Below, piece after piece: positions 1 to 9,413 of a stretch of DNA of 64,000 bases (position 1 is its first letter; each line of letters starts with the position of its first letter). A program made the translations under genes and the position numbers. The stretch is from a virus, in the UHGV virus genome UHGV-1342921. One strand, given 5' to 3'. The notes below the pieces were generated by a model. That model saw only the letters and a program-made list of their open reading frames with translations. It ran no database searches and had not been told where the DNA came from.

Positions 1-1
1 A

Positions 2-262
2 AATACTTTTTATGATTGGTCAAAGCCTAGTTTAGATCATATTCTCCCTAAATCGAGAGGCGGAAGTTGTGACATTTCAAATTTACAAGTCCTAACGGTC
101 TTTGAAAATCTCGCTAAAAGAGATATGACATGGGAAGAATGGCAAGACTTTAAACAAACAACTCATACACAATCTGATTATTTTATAGAAAACATCTTAA
201 AAAGATATAGAGAAAAACAAAACAATGGCGAGAAAGAGGGAGGGAAGGATGACGACAACTAA
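2..262 (+). CDS. HNH homing endonuclease, C-terminal fragment (5' end outside the window)
   Basis: The frame-2 translation reads ...FYDWSKPSLDHILPKSRGGSCDISNLQVL.... This is the HNH motif H-x3-P-x-S-x-GG-x5-N-L-x2-L. The ORF ends at TAA 260-262, overlapping the dnaE ATG at 249. Confidence 0.6.
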   Translation, partial: NTFYDWSKPSLDHILPKSRGGSCDISNLQVLTVFENLAKRDMTWEEWQDFKQTTHTQSDYFIENILKRYREKQNNGEKEGGKDDDN

Positions 263-2751
263 CCTTCGATTAGACTATCATTGTCATAGTTCATTGTCGA
301 ATATCCGCTTACTTTGACTCGATCAATACTCTCGAAGATCTAACCAAACGAGCTGTCGAATTAGGTCTCCCTGGCATTGCGATTACTGAACACGAATGCC
401 TTGGTAACTCTATTGATATAGAAATCCTTCAAGAAAAAATTCGACAAGAGCATCCTAGTTTTAAGATTGTTCATGGCAACGAAATCTACCTTACAGACGA
501 TCGGTCTATGGGGCAAAAATACTATCATTTTATTTTGTTAGCTCTTGACGAGGTTGGTTTCCACATGATGTCCGAGCTGTCGTCTACCGCCTGGCTGAAC
601 GGGTATTTCGACCGAGGACTCATGCGCGTGCCGACTTTGAAGTCAGACGTCGAGGACGTAATCAAGCGTTACGGGCAAGGCCACATCTACGCAAGCCAGG
701 CTTGTCTTGGGTCGGAGTTAAGCACTTATGTCCTGAAAATGCACGACTGCCAGGAGAAGGGTGACAAAGAAGGTCGCAAGCACTGGCACGACGAGATCGT
801 CAAGTTTGTGAGCTGGTGCACGAACACGTTCGGCAAGGACAACTTCTGCTTTGAGATTCAGCCGTCAAGGTCGCACGACCAGTTGATTCTCAATAACATC
901 ATGCCGTCCATCGCAAAGGCGTTCAAACTGCCGATGTGCATTACGTGCGACGCCCATTACTTGACAAAGGAAGACGCCCCGATTCATAAGGCGTTCCTGA
1001 ACTCCAAGCAAGGCGATCGAGAGGTTGACGAGTTCTATTCTGCGACGTGGTTGCAGTCGGAGGATGAGATTCTTGAGCACCTTGAAGGCACTCCCGTCGA
1101 TTATGAGCAATGTTGCAAAGACAGCATGGCAATCTTTGATAGGGTGCAGGACTTCACCTTGAGGAAGCCACAAGAGGTGCCTGAAGCTCCCGTGCCGTTC
1201 AAGCCCAAGCGACATGTGGAATGTTCTAAATATCCCATCTTGTCGAAGCTGTATGAGTCTGACAGCGAGCAGGAAAGGTTCTGGGTAAACGAGTGCATCG
1301 GCCAACTGAAGAAACGAGGGCTGTATAACGACCAATACGTTTCAAGACTTGAAGAAGAAGCCGACGTTATGGATTATATCGGGCAGAAGCTCAACACCTG
1401 CATCTTCGCCTACTCACTGTTCATGCGCCACTATATCGACCTGATTTGGAACTGTGGCTCAACGGTTGGTGTCGGTCGTGGATCAGCTGGTGGCGGTTTA
1501 TCTCACTGGTTGCTTGGCATCACCGGCACAGACCCTATTATTAGTGGTAGCCATTTTTGGAGGTTTCTTAATAAAGAACGTGTCGAACTGCCTGATATTG
1601 ATATTGACGTGTGCCCATCCAAGCGAGAAGCTGTCTTCGAAGAGACACGCAAGGAGACTGGAGAGCTTGGTTGCGTGCACGTGTGCACCTATGGAACATT
1701 AACAACAAAGGCAACTATCAAGCTGGCTGGGCGAGGATACCGTTCCAAAGAGTACCCAAACGGCATCCCTCTTGAAGAGACTGAATACATCTCCTCTCTT
1801 GTGCCCTCCGAACGAGGATTTTTATGGACACTTAAGGACGTCATAAACGGCAATCCTGACAAGGGACGAAAGGCATCTGTGCAATTCAATGCAGAGATTG
1901 AGAAGTACCCTGGTCTCAAAGAGATTCTGTTCAAGATTGAAGGTCTTGTAGTTCAAGCAGGCATCCACGCAAGCGGTGTGATCTACCCGCCCAAGGAGGA
2001 CTATTACCGTTATGGACCTTTCATGAAGGCCAAGAACGGCACCATCATCACGCAGTATTCCCTGCACATGGCAGAAGCGGCAGGTGCCACCAAGATTGAC
2101 TGGCTCGTCACAGAAGTCCAAGAGGTCATCACCCAGTGCATCGAGGAGCTTCAGCAGGCTGGGTACATCGAGAAAGGCTTAACCCTGCGCGAGGCTTATG
2201 ACAAGTACGTCAGCCCTGATGCGATTCCTCTTGACGACCCTGACACTTGGGACGCTGTAGACCGAGCAGATGTCCTCAAGCTATTCCAGCTCGACTCTAT
2301 GATCGGTCGTCAAGGTGCAAGGCTCATCAAGCCTCGTTCAATCGAGGAGCTGACGGCTGTCAACGCATTGATTCGACTGATGGCAGACGACGGTGAGGAG
2401 CGCCCAATGGACAGGTACGTCCGTCACAAGGCGCATCCGGAAGAGTGGGAGAAGGAACTTGACGAGTACGGCCTGTCAGACGAGGAGAAGACTGTCCTAC
2501 ACAAGCATTTCGACTCAAGCTACGGCGTCTGCTACGCACAAGAGCAGATGATGATGGCATTGATGGACCCAGGCATTTGTGGGTTTGACTTCAAAGCCAG
2601 TAACCAGGCAAGAAAAATCGTGGCGAAGAAAAAGTTCGATCAGATTGAAAGCTTGCATAAGCAGATTGTTGAGAGTGCCGTTTCACCTGCTATGGCAAAG
2701 TATGTGTGGGACGTTGTCGTTAAACCTTCGTTAGGATACAGCTTCAACTAG
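249..2751 (+). CDS. dnaE: DNA polymerase III alpha subunit-like (DnaE family), exon 1. The first 22 codons (249-317) are in frame 0 and the rest (316-2751) is in frame +1.
   Basis: The N-terminal PHP domain reads MTTTNLRLDYHCHSSLSNIRLL then DSINTLEDLTKRAVELGLPGIAITEHE, which aligns to DnaE HSGYSLLNSAAAVEELV...LALTDDH. The 508..2751 ORF continues with the polymerase core. The RBS is GAGGGAGGGAAGG before the ATG at 249. The reading frame breaks at 312-318. Confidence 0.8.
312..318 (+). other. CTT TGA C heptamer. Either a prfB-like +1 ribosomal frameshift site or a 1-nt T-homopolymer indel inside dnaE.
   Basis: Frame 0 terminates at TGA 315-317 immediately after CTT. Reading GAC in the +1 frame gives ...IRLL-D-SINTLEDL, which matches the conserved PHP-domain alignment. 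Confidence 0.4.
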
Positions 2752-3018
2752 AGGAGCCTTTTACCGGTGACGGTAATAGCAAAGCTACTTAACTGCGGGA
2801 ACTTCTTTAGAGCCTATAACTACCAACCGTGCGTGGCGACATACATGGGGCAGAGGGTAACGCCCGAGATATGGTAACAAGGTTATAGGATTAGAAAATC
2901 CGCAACGCCACCTCTGGCTGTTAGACAGAGGAACGCCCAGAGACTACCACGTAGCCTTCTCTACAAGAGAAGATGGTATAGTCCAGACCGCAACACATAA
3001 GTGGCTGGGGAGACCCAG
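2750..3018 (+). ncRNA. Group I intron (ORF-less, about 270 nt) interrupting dnaE. Boundaries are approximate.
   Basis: The conserved core elements are present: P TTAACTGCGGGAAC (2789-2802), Q AAAATCCGCAACGCC (2895-2909), R CAGAGACTACCAC (2938-2950) and S GAAGATGGTATAGTCC (2968-2984). They are followed by P9 hairpins, the last being CTGGG-GAGA-CCCAG ending at G3018. Exon 1 ends in U at 2749. Exon 2 resumes the conserved DnaE block NVHGYSYSIIGYQCAWLATHYP, which matches Bacillus subtilis DnaE RSHAVAYSMIGCQLAYLKAHYP. Confidence 0.75.
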
Positions 3019-4346
3019 TGCGGTATTGCTCAAACGTTCACGGATATAGCTACTCAATCATCGGCTACCAGTGCGCATGGCTTGCAACACACTACCCGAA
3101 GGTGTTTTGGAACACTGCATGCCTTCGAGTGGACTCGGGCGTTGAAGACGATGCAACGACAAGTTATGACAAGATTTCAAAGGCGGTCGGCAACATTCTC
3201 AACGCAGGCATCAAAGTGTTGCCGATTGACATCAACAAGTCGGGGTACATGTTTGAGCCAGACGAGAAGACACAGTCGATTCTTTGCGGTCTTAAAGCGT
3301 TGATCGGCATCAATGGCGACACTGTTCAGCAAATCATCGAAAACAGGCCTTACAGTTCGTTCGATGACTTCCGAGAGAAGGTGCCGCTGAACAAGACGGC
3401 GATGATTTCACTCATCAAGGCTCACGCATTTGACTGCTTTGACGTCAGATACAACGTCATGGTTCAGTACATCACCGAGCAGAGCGAGCCCAAGTCCAAG
3501 CTGACGATGGCTAACCTGCAAGGTCTTATTGACAGGAGCATGATTCCGGCAGACTATCAGTTGCAGATCAGGACGTTCGTTTTCAACAAGTCCTTGCGTG
3601 CCAACTGCAAATTCAAGGAATGGTACACCCTTGAGGGCAGATACTATCGTTTCTATGAGAAGTTCTTCGACATAGACGAGCTTGAGAGCGTCGGCGGCAA
3701 GTTCTGCATCTCACAAAAGAAGTGGCAGAAGATGTATACAAAGATGATGGAGCCTGTGAAGAAGTACATCACCGACAACCAAAAGGCCCTGCTTGAACAG
3801 TTCAACCTCACGTTGTTCAACGAGCAATGGAACAAGTACGCATCGGGCACTCGCGGTTCGTGGGACATGAGTTCCCTGGGCTTCTATTCCGCCAAGCACG
3901 AGCTGGACGGCATAGAGTACGACAAGTACGGCCTGTCGAAGTTCTCAAGCCTGCCCGAGGAGCCTGTAGAAGCCGAGTCGCGTGGCAAGTTCAAGATTTA
4001 CAATCTCACGAGGATCTGCGGCACGGTTGTGGCGAAAGACGACACTCGTTCGACCTTCACTCTCCTCACCCCGGATTCAGGCTCCGTCGACGTCAAGCTT
4101 CCCAGGGAGATTTACGCCCACTACAACAGGAAGATCGTGCTGGAGAACTCTGGCTCGAAGATTTCCGAGGACGGGTGGTTCACAAGGGGCACGCTTCTCA
4201 TGGCATGCGGTTATCGGCAGGGAAACATGTTCAGGCTAAAGAGGTACAAGAACACGTCAAGCTTGCTGTTGTATAACATGGCGATAACCAAGAGTGGTAG
4301 GATAATCTGCACCGGAAGCCGCCTCGGTGACGAAGACGAGGTATAA
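3019..4346 (+). CDS. dnaE: DnaE exon 2 (C-terminal part, about 440 aa). The start is approximate (2982-3033).
   Basis: The translation is ...NVHGYSYSIIGYQCAWLATHYPKVFW...GIKVLPIDINKSGYMF...IGINGDTVQQIIENRPYSSFDDF, which is the conserved DnaE finger/HhH region. The frame is open from 2982 and there is no convincing independent RBS. Confidence 0.8.
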
Positions 4347-4355
4347 GTTACATTG

Positions 4356-4385
4356 TTTGACTACAGCTCCGCTTTTGTGTTATAA
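4356..4385 (+). promoter_or_regulatory. Sigma-A-like promoter: TTGACT, 18-nt spacer, TGT TATAAT (extended -10).
   Basis: TTGACT lies at 4356-4361 and TGnTATAAT at 4377-4385. The AAGGAG RBS and the gmk ATG at 4428 follow. Confidence 0.55.
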
Positions 4386-4409
4386 TAATATTTCACAAGA
4401 GCGGAGCTG
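4362..4409 (+). promoter_or_regulatory. Perfect 11-bp inverted repeat (ACAGCTCCGCT / AGCGGAGCTGT) bracketing the -10 box. Putative operator.
   Basis: The arms lie at 4362-4372 and 4399-4409 and are centred on the TATAAT at 4380-4385. Confidence 0.4.
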
Positions 4410-4427
4410 TTTGTATGTAAGGAGAAA

Positions 4428-5022
4428 AATGAGACAGAAGATTCTGGCAATCGTCGGTCCTTCATGTGCCGGTAAAGACACAATCAAAGACAGGCTTGCG
4501 CTTATCGACAGCCATACGTTCCACGTTCCACAGCGCGTGACTAGCAGGCCTCGCAGGCCAGGGGAGAGGGACTCGGCGTATAGGTTCGTCACAAAGCGAA
4601 CGTTCAAGACCGAGATAAAGTATGGCTGCCTTGCCGAGTACGGGTGGTTCCGTGGATGGGGGTACGGCACCAGGATTGACGACCTCACCAACGATGACGA
4701 AAAGATCAACGTGCTCACGATGGACTTGAACTCCCTAAAGATGCTCAAGAGGAACCTCGGTGTGGCAGACATCCGCTGTGTCTATCTTGACGCGCCCTTG
4801 TCTGTCCGTCTTAAAAGGTACAAGGACAGGGACGGTGGAATGTCATCGTTTGAGATGTACAGGCGTGCCGTCTCCGACAGCCTTATGTACCGCAACGCCA
4901 TCGACGAGATTCTAAAGCTCGGCATTCCGCACGCCTACATCCCCAACGACAAAGGGTTGTACGGCAGGACAGACGAGGTGCTGTCTTTTTGCAAAGATTG
5001 GTTGAACGGTCAAAGGTTTTAA
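4428..5022 (+). CDS. gmk: Guanylate kinase-like nucleoside monophosphate kinase
   Basis: The P-loop is IVGPSCAGKDT. The guanylate kinase signature reads TSRPRRPGERDSAYRFVTKRTF, compare TTRxPRxGExDGxDYxFV. The RBS AAGGAG sits 6 nt upstream of the ATG. Confidence 0.7.
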
Positions 5023-5023
5023 C

Positions 5024-5052
5024 TTGACATTATGACTCCATCTAGTATATAA
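5024..5052 (+). promoter_or_regulatory. Sigma-A-like promoter: TTGACA, 17 nt, TATAAT.
   Basis: TTGACA lies at 5024-5029 and TATAAT at 5047-5052. The RBS GGAGG precedes the nrdD ATG at 5088. Confidence 0.55.
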
Positions 5053-5087
5053 TACAAAAACCAGACACAAGATATTGGAGGTAGCCT

Positions 5088-6389
5088 ATGAAAGTTAAAA
5101 AAAGGAACGGCAATCTCGAAAAGTACGACTTAAAGAAGATCAGACACGCGATTGAGCGTGCGTTTGAGGACATCTACGGTCAAGAGACGTACACAAATGA
5201 CATGCAGGTCAACATCAGCGGATTAGCTTCAGCGACAGAAGTCCAAATTTGCAAGGTTGGGGTCGCAGATGTAGAGGATATCCAAGATGTGGAGGATATC
5301 CAAGACGCTGTTGAAGACGTGTTGATGCTCAATGGATATTATGAGGTGGCGAAGGAGTATATTCGATACAGGTATCTCCACGAGCTACGTCGAAATGAGC
5401 GAGAGCAAGAGAAGTTTTATGACAGCATCGGTGAAAAGCTCAAAGCTACCAACGTTCAGAACCAGAATGCGAATGTCGATGAGAAGTCCTTCGGTGGTAG
5501 AATGGGTGAGGCCTGTTCTGAACTAACCCGTGATTACGCTTTAAAAAACTGTTTATCCGAAATGGCAAGGAACAACCATCTTAATAACGAGATTTACGAA
5601 CACGACCTTGATCATTACCCCACAGGAGACCACAACTGCCTGTCTATTCCATTTGACAAGCTTTTGGCTAATGGCTTCAACACAAGACAAACCGATGTAA
5701 GACCTGCAAATTCCGTCAATACGGCGTTTCAATTGGTTGCCGTCATTTTTCAGCTACAGAGTCTTATGCAGTTTGGTGGGGTAAGTGCGACGCATCTAGA
5801 TTGGACAATGGTTCCATATGTACGAAAGTCCTTCTTAAAGCATTTTAAAGACGGAATGCTTTGGTGGTGTAAGAGCTGTGACAACAGCGATAAATATGCT
5901 AAATTCCTCCGTGAAGTAGAAGACGGCTTGTGGCCCGACACACTCTTTATTGAAGACGAGAGATACAAAGTCCATGATATGGCTTATCAATACGCGGTCG
6001 AAATGACCAAGAAAGAGACTTATCAAGCGGTAGAAGGCATGTACCACAACCTAAATACACTACAAAGTCGAAGCGGGAACCAGCTTCCCTTTACATCAAC
6101 CAATTTCGGCACATGCACGCTTCCTGAAGGTCGTCTTGTCATAAAAGCAATGCTAGAAACTTCGATTCGCGGTCTTGGCAAGCTTCATAAAACCAGTATT
6201 TTTCCCTGCACTATTTTCCAGTGTATGAAGGGTGTCAATCGAGCTCCTGGAGATCCAAATTACGACCTGTTCCAGCTTGCTTTAAAATCAACCTCTCAAA
6301 GGCTTTACCCCAACTATGCTAACGTAGATTGGTCTGGCAACGCTGGCTACGATAGAAACGATCCAAAGACCTACTTCAGCACCATGGGT
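5088..6389 (+). CDS. nrdD: Anaerobic ribonucleoside-triphosphate reductase NrdD, exon 1
   Basis: An ATP-cone reads KVKKRNGNLEKYDLKKIRHAIERAF. NrdD core motifs IYEHDLDHYP...HNC...GGVSATHLDWTMVPYV follow. The exon ends ...STMG (GGT 6387-6389), immediately before the conserved MGCR motif that resumes at 7484. Confidence 0.85.
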
Positions 6390-7483
6390 AAGCGTAAACT
6401 ATAGCTCATGTAAAACCTCCTTAACCTCGCCAGAGGGTGTGGGTTCTTAAACTCGCTAACGGTTAGGGCTCTTATGAGTTGAGACCGTGCTAAACACTCT
6501 AAAAATGTTGTTCTTTTCTGACTCTCTTGAACAAAAAAGGGGTACATACAAGAGAAAGCAGTTAGAAAGGACCAACATGTATATCTACAAAGTAACAAAC
6601 AGTTTGAACGGTAAATTTTATATTGGGCAAACGGTTCGAACTCCAGAATCCAGATGGGAACGTCATAAAAATGATGCCCTAGGAGATCGTCACCTTGATA
6701 CACATTTTGCGAGAGCTATTAGAAAATATGGCCCTGAAAATTTTACCATTGAAACAATTGACACTGCATCCTCTCAAGAAGAACTGACGAAGAAAGAACA
6801 TGATTGGATAGTTAAGACTCGGGCGGTAGAGAAAGGTTATAACGAAACTTCTGCTATCGAAAAATGTGGTGGTAACACCTACGAGTCAAAAACCAAAGAA
6901 GAACTTGCTTGTATTGGTGAGAAAATTAGAAAAACTAAACTTGGTGGCAACAATCCTCACTCAACAAAGGTAAAATGTAAAGACACTACCACGGGCGAAG
7001 AATTTCATTTTAATTCTCAAGTAGAAATGCAAAAGTTCTTTGGCGCTCCTAATCACCTGTTTATTTCACGACGTTGTCTTGGACAAGTAAAAAGTTTATA
7101 CAAAAAACGCTGGCTAATCTCTTACGAAGAAGGAGAGATTATTGCGAAGAACCATATTGGAAAAGGTTCAGAAAGAGCAACCGGCGTTTACGTAAAAGAT
7201 TTACAAACAGGGGAAAGTAAGTCTTTTCCCAGCTATTCCGATGCAGAGCGATATTTTGGACAGAAGGAAAGAGCTTTTAGTAGCAAAGCCTACAAAAGAG
7301 GCAATTCTTTTGTTTATAAAAGTAGATATGAAATTACAAAAATTTTAGAGTGAAAGTGTATCGACTATCCCTGATGAATGTAAGGGAGTAGGGCTAGAGA
7401 TAGGCACTAGCTCGAAACGGGAGGCTACCGTCTTATGAAGGTAGAAGATATAGTCAGTGCAGATGGTGACATCTGATAACACG
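6390..7483 (+). ncRNA. Group I intron in nrdD carrying a GIY-YIG homing endonuclease ORF
   Basis: Exon 1 ends in U (6389). R contains CGACTA at about 7365. S is GAAGATATAGTC at 7446-7457. The P9 hairpin CAGATG-GTGA-CATCTG lies at 7460-7475, and omega-G is at 7483. Splicing restores the conserved NrdD motif TMG|CRTANG...DGRGN. Confidence 0.8.
6577..7353 (+). CDS. Intron-encoded GIY-YIG homing endonuclease
   Basis: The N-terminus is MYIYKVTNSLNGKFYIGQT...RWERHK (GIY-x10-YIG, Arg, His). The RBS GAAAGGA sits 5 nt upstream. The ORF lies wholly within the intron. Confidence 0.8.
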   Translation: MYIYKVTNSLNGKFYIGQTVRTPESRWERHKNDALGDRHLDTHFARAIRKYGPENFTIETIDTASSQEELTKKEHDWIVKTRAVEKGYNETSAIEKCGGNTYESKTKEELACIGEKIRKTKLGGNNPHSTKVKCKDTTTGEEFHFNSQVEMQKFFGAPNHLFISRRCLGQVKSLYKKRWLISYEEGEIIAKNHIGKGSERATGVYVKDLQTGESKSFPSYSDAERYFGQKERAFSSKAYKRGNSFVYKSRYEITKILE

Positions 7484-8422
7484 TGTAGGACCGCCAATGG
7501 ATACGACATCAATGGCATGGCCCAGACAAAAGACGGACGAGGGAACATCTGTCCTGTCACTATAATTATGCCGACTCTTGCTATGGAAGCCGACCGAGAT
7601 GTAGAGAAGTTCATGGAACTTCTTGACAAAAAGATTCACGAAGCCAAAGACATGCTTTTGGAACGTTTTGAGTACATCTGCTCACAGTCTCCTGAATCGG
7701 GCAAGTTCATGTACGAGAACGGCACTATGGAGGGATATATTCCGGAAGAGGGTATCCGTAGCGCTCTCAAGCATGGTACGTTGGCGCTTGGCCAGTTAGG
7801 ACTAGCGGAAACGCTTCAACTGCTTATCGGAACAGACCAGACAACAGACAAAGGAATGGAATTGGCCAAGCGTATCGAGTCTTTGTTCCGCAAGCGCTGT
7901 GATGAGTTTAAGCACAAGTACAAGCTTAATTTTGGAGTTTATTACACACCAGCAGAGAATCTATGCTTTAAAGCTCTTAAAAAGTTTAGAGCTAAATATG
8001 GCGTTATTCCTAACGTGTCAGACAAAGATTTCTTTACTAACTCTATTCATTGTCCTGTATGGAGCGATTTAACAGTTATGGAAAAGATTGACATTGAGTC
8101 TCAACTCACAGGATATTCCAACGCGGGCTGCATCGTTTACGCCGAATTGCCATCAACCACTAAGAACAACCTTGAAGCACTTGAGACTATTGTAAATTAT
8201 GCAATGGATAAAGATATCCCTTATTTTGCCATCAACGTGCCGAACGACACTTGCCTTGACTGCGGATATTGCGACGAGTTCAACGACCATTGCCCAATGT
8301 GCGGAAGCACTCATATTCAACAGCTTCGTAGAGTGACAGGCTACTTAACTGGGAACTATACCACCGCGTTCAATCTCGGCAAGCAAGACGAGGTTCACCA
8401 TAGAGCCAAGAATGCAAGATAA
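7484..8422 (+). CDS. nrdD: NrdD exon 2, carrying the glycyl-radical and zinc-ribbon C-terminus
   Basis: The translation is CRTANGYDINGMAQTKDGRGNICPVTII..., compare E. coli MGCRSFL...DGRNNLGVISLNL. The C-terminus has CLDCGYCDEFNDHCPMCGS and the glycyl-radical motif RRVTGYL. Confidence 0.85.
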   Translation, partial: CRTANGYDINGMAQTKDGRGNICPVTIIMPTLAMEADRDVEKFMELLDKKIHEAKDMLLERFEYICSQSPESGKFMYENGTMEGYIPEEGIRSALKHGTLALGQLGLAETLQLLIGTDQTTDKGMELAKRIESLFRKRCDEFKHKYKLNFGVYYTPAENLCFKALKKFRAKYGVIPNVSDKDFFTNSIHCPVWSDLTVMEKIDIESQLTGYSNAGCIVYAELPSTTKNNLEALETIVNYAMDKDIPYFAINVPNDTCLDCGYCDEFNDHCPMCGSTHIQQLRRVTGYLTGNYTTAFNLGKQDEVHHRAKNAR

Positions 8423-8459
8423 TAAACCTTGATTCTGCTTATAGAATTAAATTTTACCA

Positions 8460-8489
8460 TTGACGGCAGGTCCATATATGTGCTATAAT
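8460..8489 (+). promoter_or_regulatory. Sigma-A-like promoter: TTGACG, 18 nt, TGC TATAAT (extended -10).
   Basis: TTGACG lies at 8460-8465 and TATAAT at 8484-8489. It sits upstream of an RBS GAAAGGAG and the ATG at 8518. Confidence 0.5.
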
Positions 8490-8517
8490 ATACTTATCAG
8501 TTGAAAGGAGCACATAC

Positions 8518-8871
8518 ATGGACTCTGTCTTTCTTGTTTGGTATGACAACGGCGAAGATTACGAAGACAATTACACTTCCGTGGAGAAGGTGTTCCACAC
8601 CAGAAAGAACGCAGAGAGGTTCCTTGAGGAAGACCTAGACCTTGAGCGAGTTGACAGCAAGTTCGGTACAACTTGGATCCCCAAGAAAGCCCCCTGTCCC
8701 TTCGGTCTCACCGACGGAGAGAACTGCGCCCGTCAGTTCTGCCCGATGTTCTCCCCTTCCGAGAACGACGACGTTCTGACTGGCGTCCGAGAGTGCAAGC
8801 ACGAGGATATCTTCTGGGAGAACGAGTATCTTCGCCATTTCTACACAATAGAGCAGAGGGAAGTATATTAA
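8518..8871 (+). CDS. Hypothetical protein (117 aa)
   Basis: The ORF has a strong RBS and own promoter. It is acidic, with no recognisable motif. Confidence 0.5.
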   Translation: MDSVFLVWYDNGEDYEDNYTSVEKVFHTRKNAERFLEEDLDLERVDSKFGTTWIPKKAPCPFGLTDGENCARQFCPMFSPSENDDVLTGVRECKHEDIFWENEYLRHFYTIEQREVY

Positions 8872-8884
8872 GGAGGTAAGAAGC

Positions 8885-9409
8885 TTGAGGTATGCCGACA
8901 TCCACAAAATGAACATCAGCGACGGTCCTGGCATAGGCGTGTCGTTGTACGTTCAGGGGTGCGCGTTGCATTGCCCAGGTTGCTTTAACGAGGGAACCTG
9001 GGACTTCGACGGTGGGAAAGAGTACACGAACGACACGATGGACACAATCCTCGATCTGCTCAAGCCCGAGTGGATGACAAGGCTGTCCATCCTTGGCGGG
9101 GAACCACTATGTCCAGCGAACTACAGGGAGCTTATCAAGCTCACGTATCTGGCGCATGAGGAGAACAAAGACAAGCCAGACTTTAAGGTGTGGATGTGGA
9201 CCGGCAGGACTTACGAGAACCTTATGGCCGAGATAAACTCCGAGTCAGACTGCAAGCACCAGCACCCTTTGGAGCTCGTCCTGAAGGGCGTCGACTACCT
9301 GGTGGACGGCCCGTTCATCCAGGACAAGAAAGACCTGACGCTCAAGTGGCGCGGAAGCTCGAACCAAAGGATCATCGCCTTGAACGGCAACGAAGAGATT
9401 GGACAATAG
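8885..9409 (+). CDS. nrdG: Anaerobic ribonucleotide reductase activating protein (radical SAM)
   Basis: The radical-SAM motif reads GPGIGVSLYVQGCALHCPGCFN (CxxxCxxC). There is a TTG start with RBS AAGGAGG. The gene sits directly downstream of nrdD. Confidence 0.85.
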   Translation: MRYADIHKMNISDGPGIGVSLYVQGCALHCPGCFNEGTWDFDGGKEYTNDTMDTILDLLKPEWMTRLSILGGEPLCPANYRELIKLTYLAHEENKDKPDFKVWMWTGRTYENLMAEINSESDCKHQHPLELVLKGVDYLVDGPFIQDKKDLTLKWRGSSNQRIIALNGNEEIGQ

Positions 9410-9413
9410 CAAG

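Noticed and set aside
3001-3303. 100-aa ORF starting inside the dnaE intron/exon 2 junction
   Set aside because: It is an alternative frame of the DnaE exon 2 region and the intron 3' end. The conserved DnaE sequence is in the other frame.
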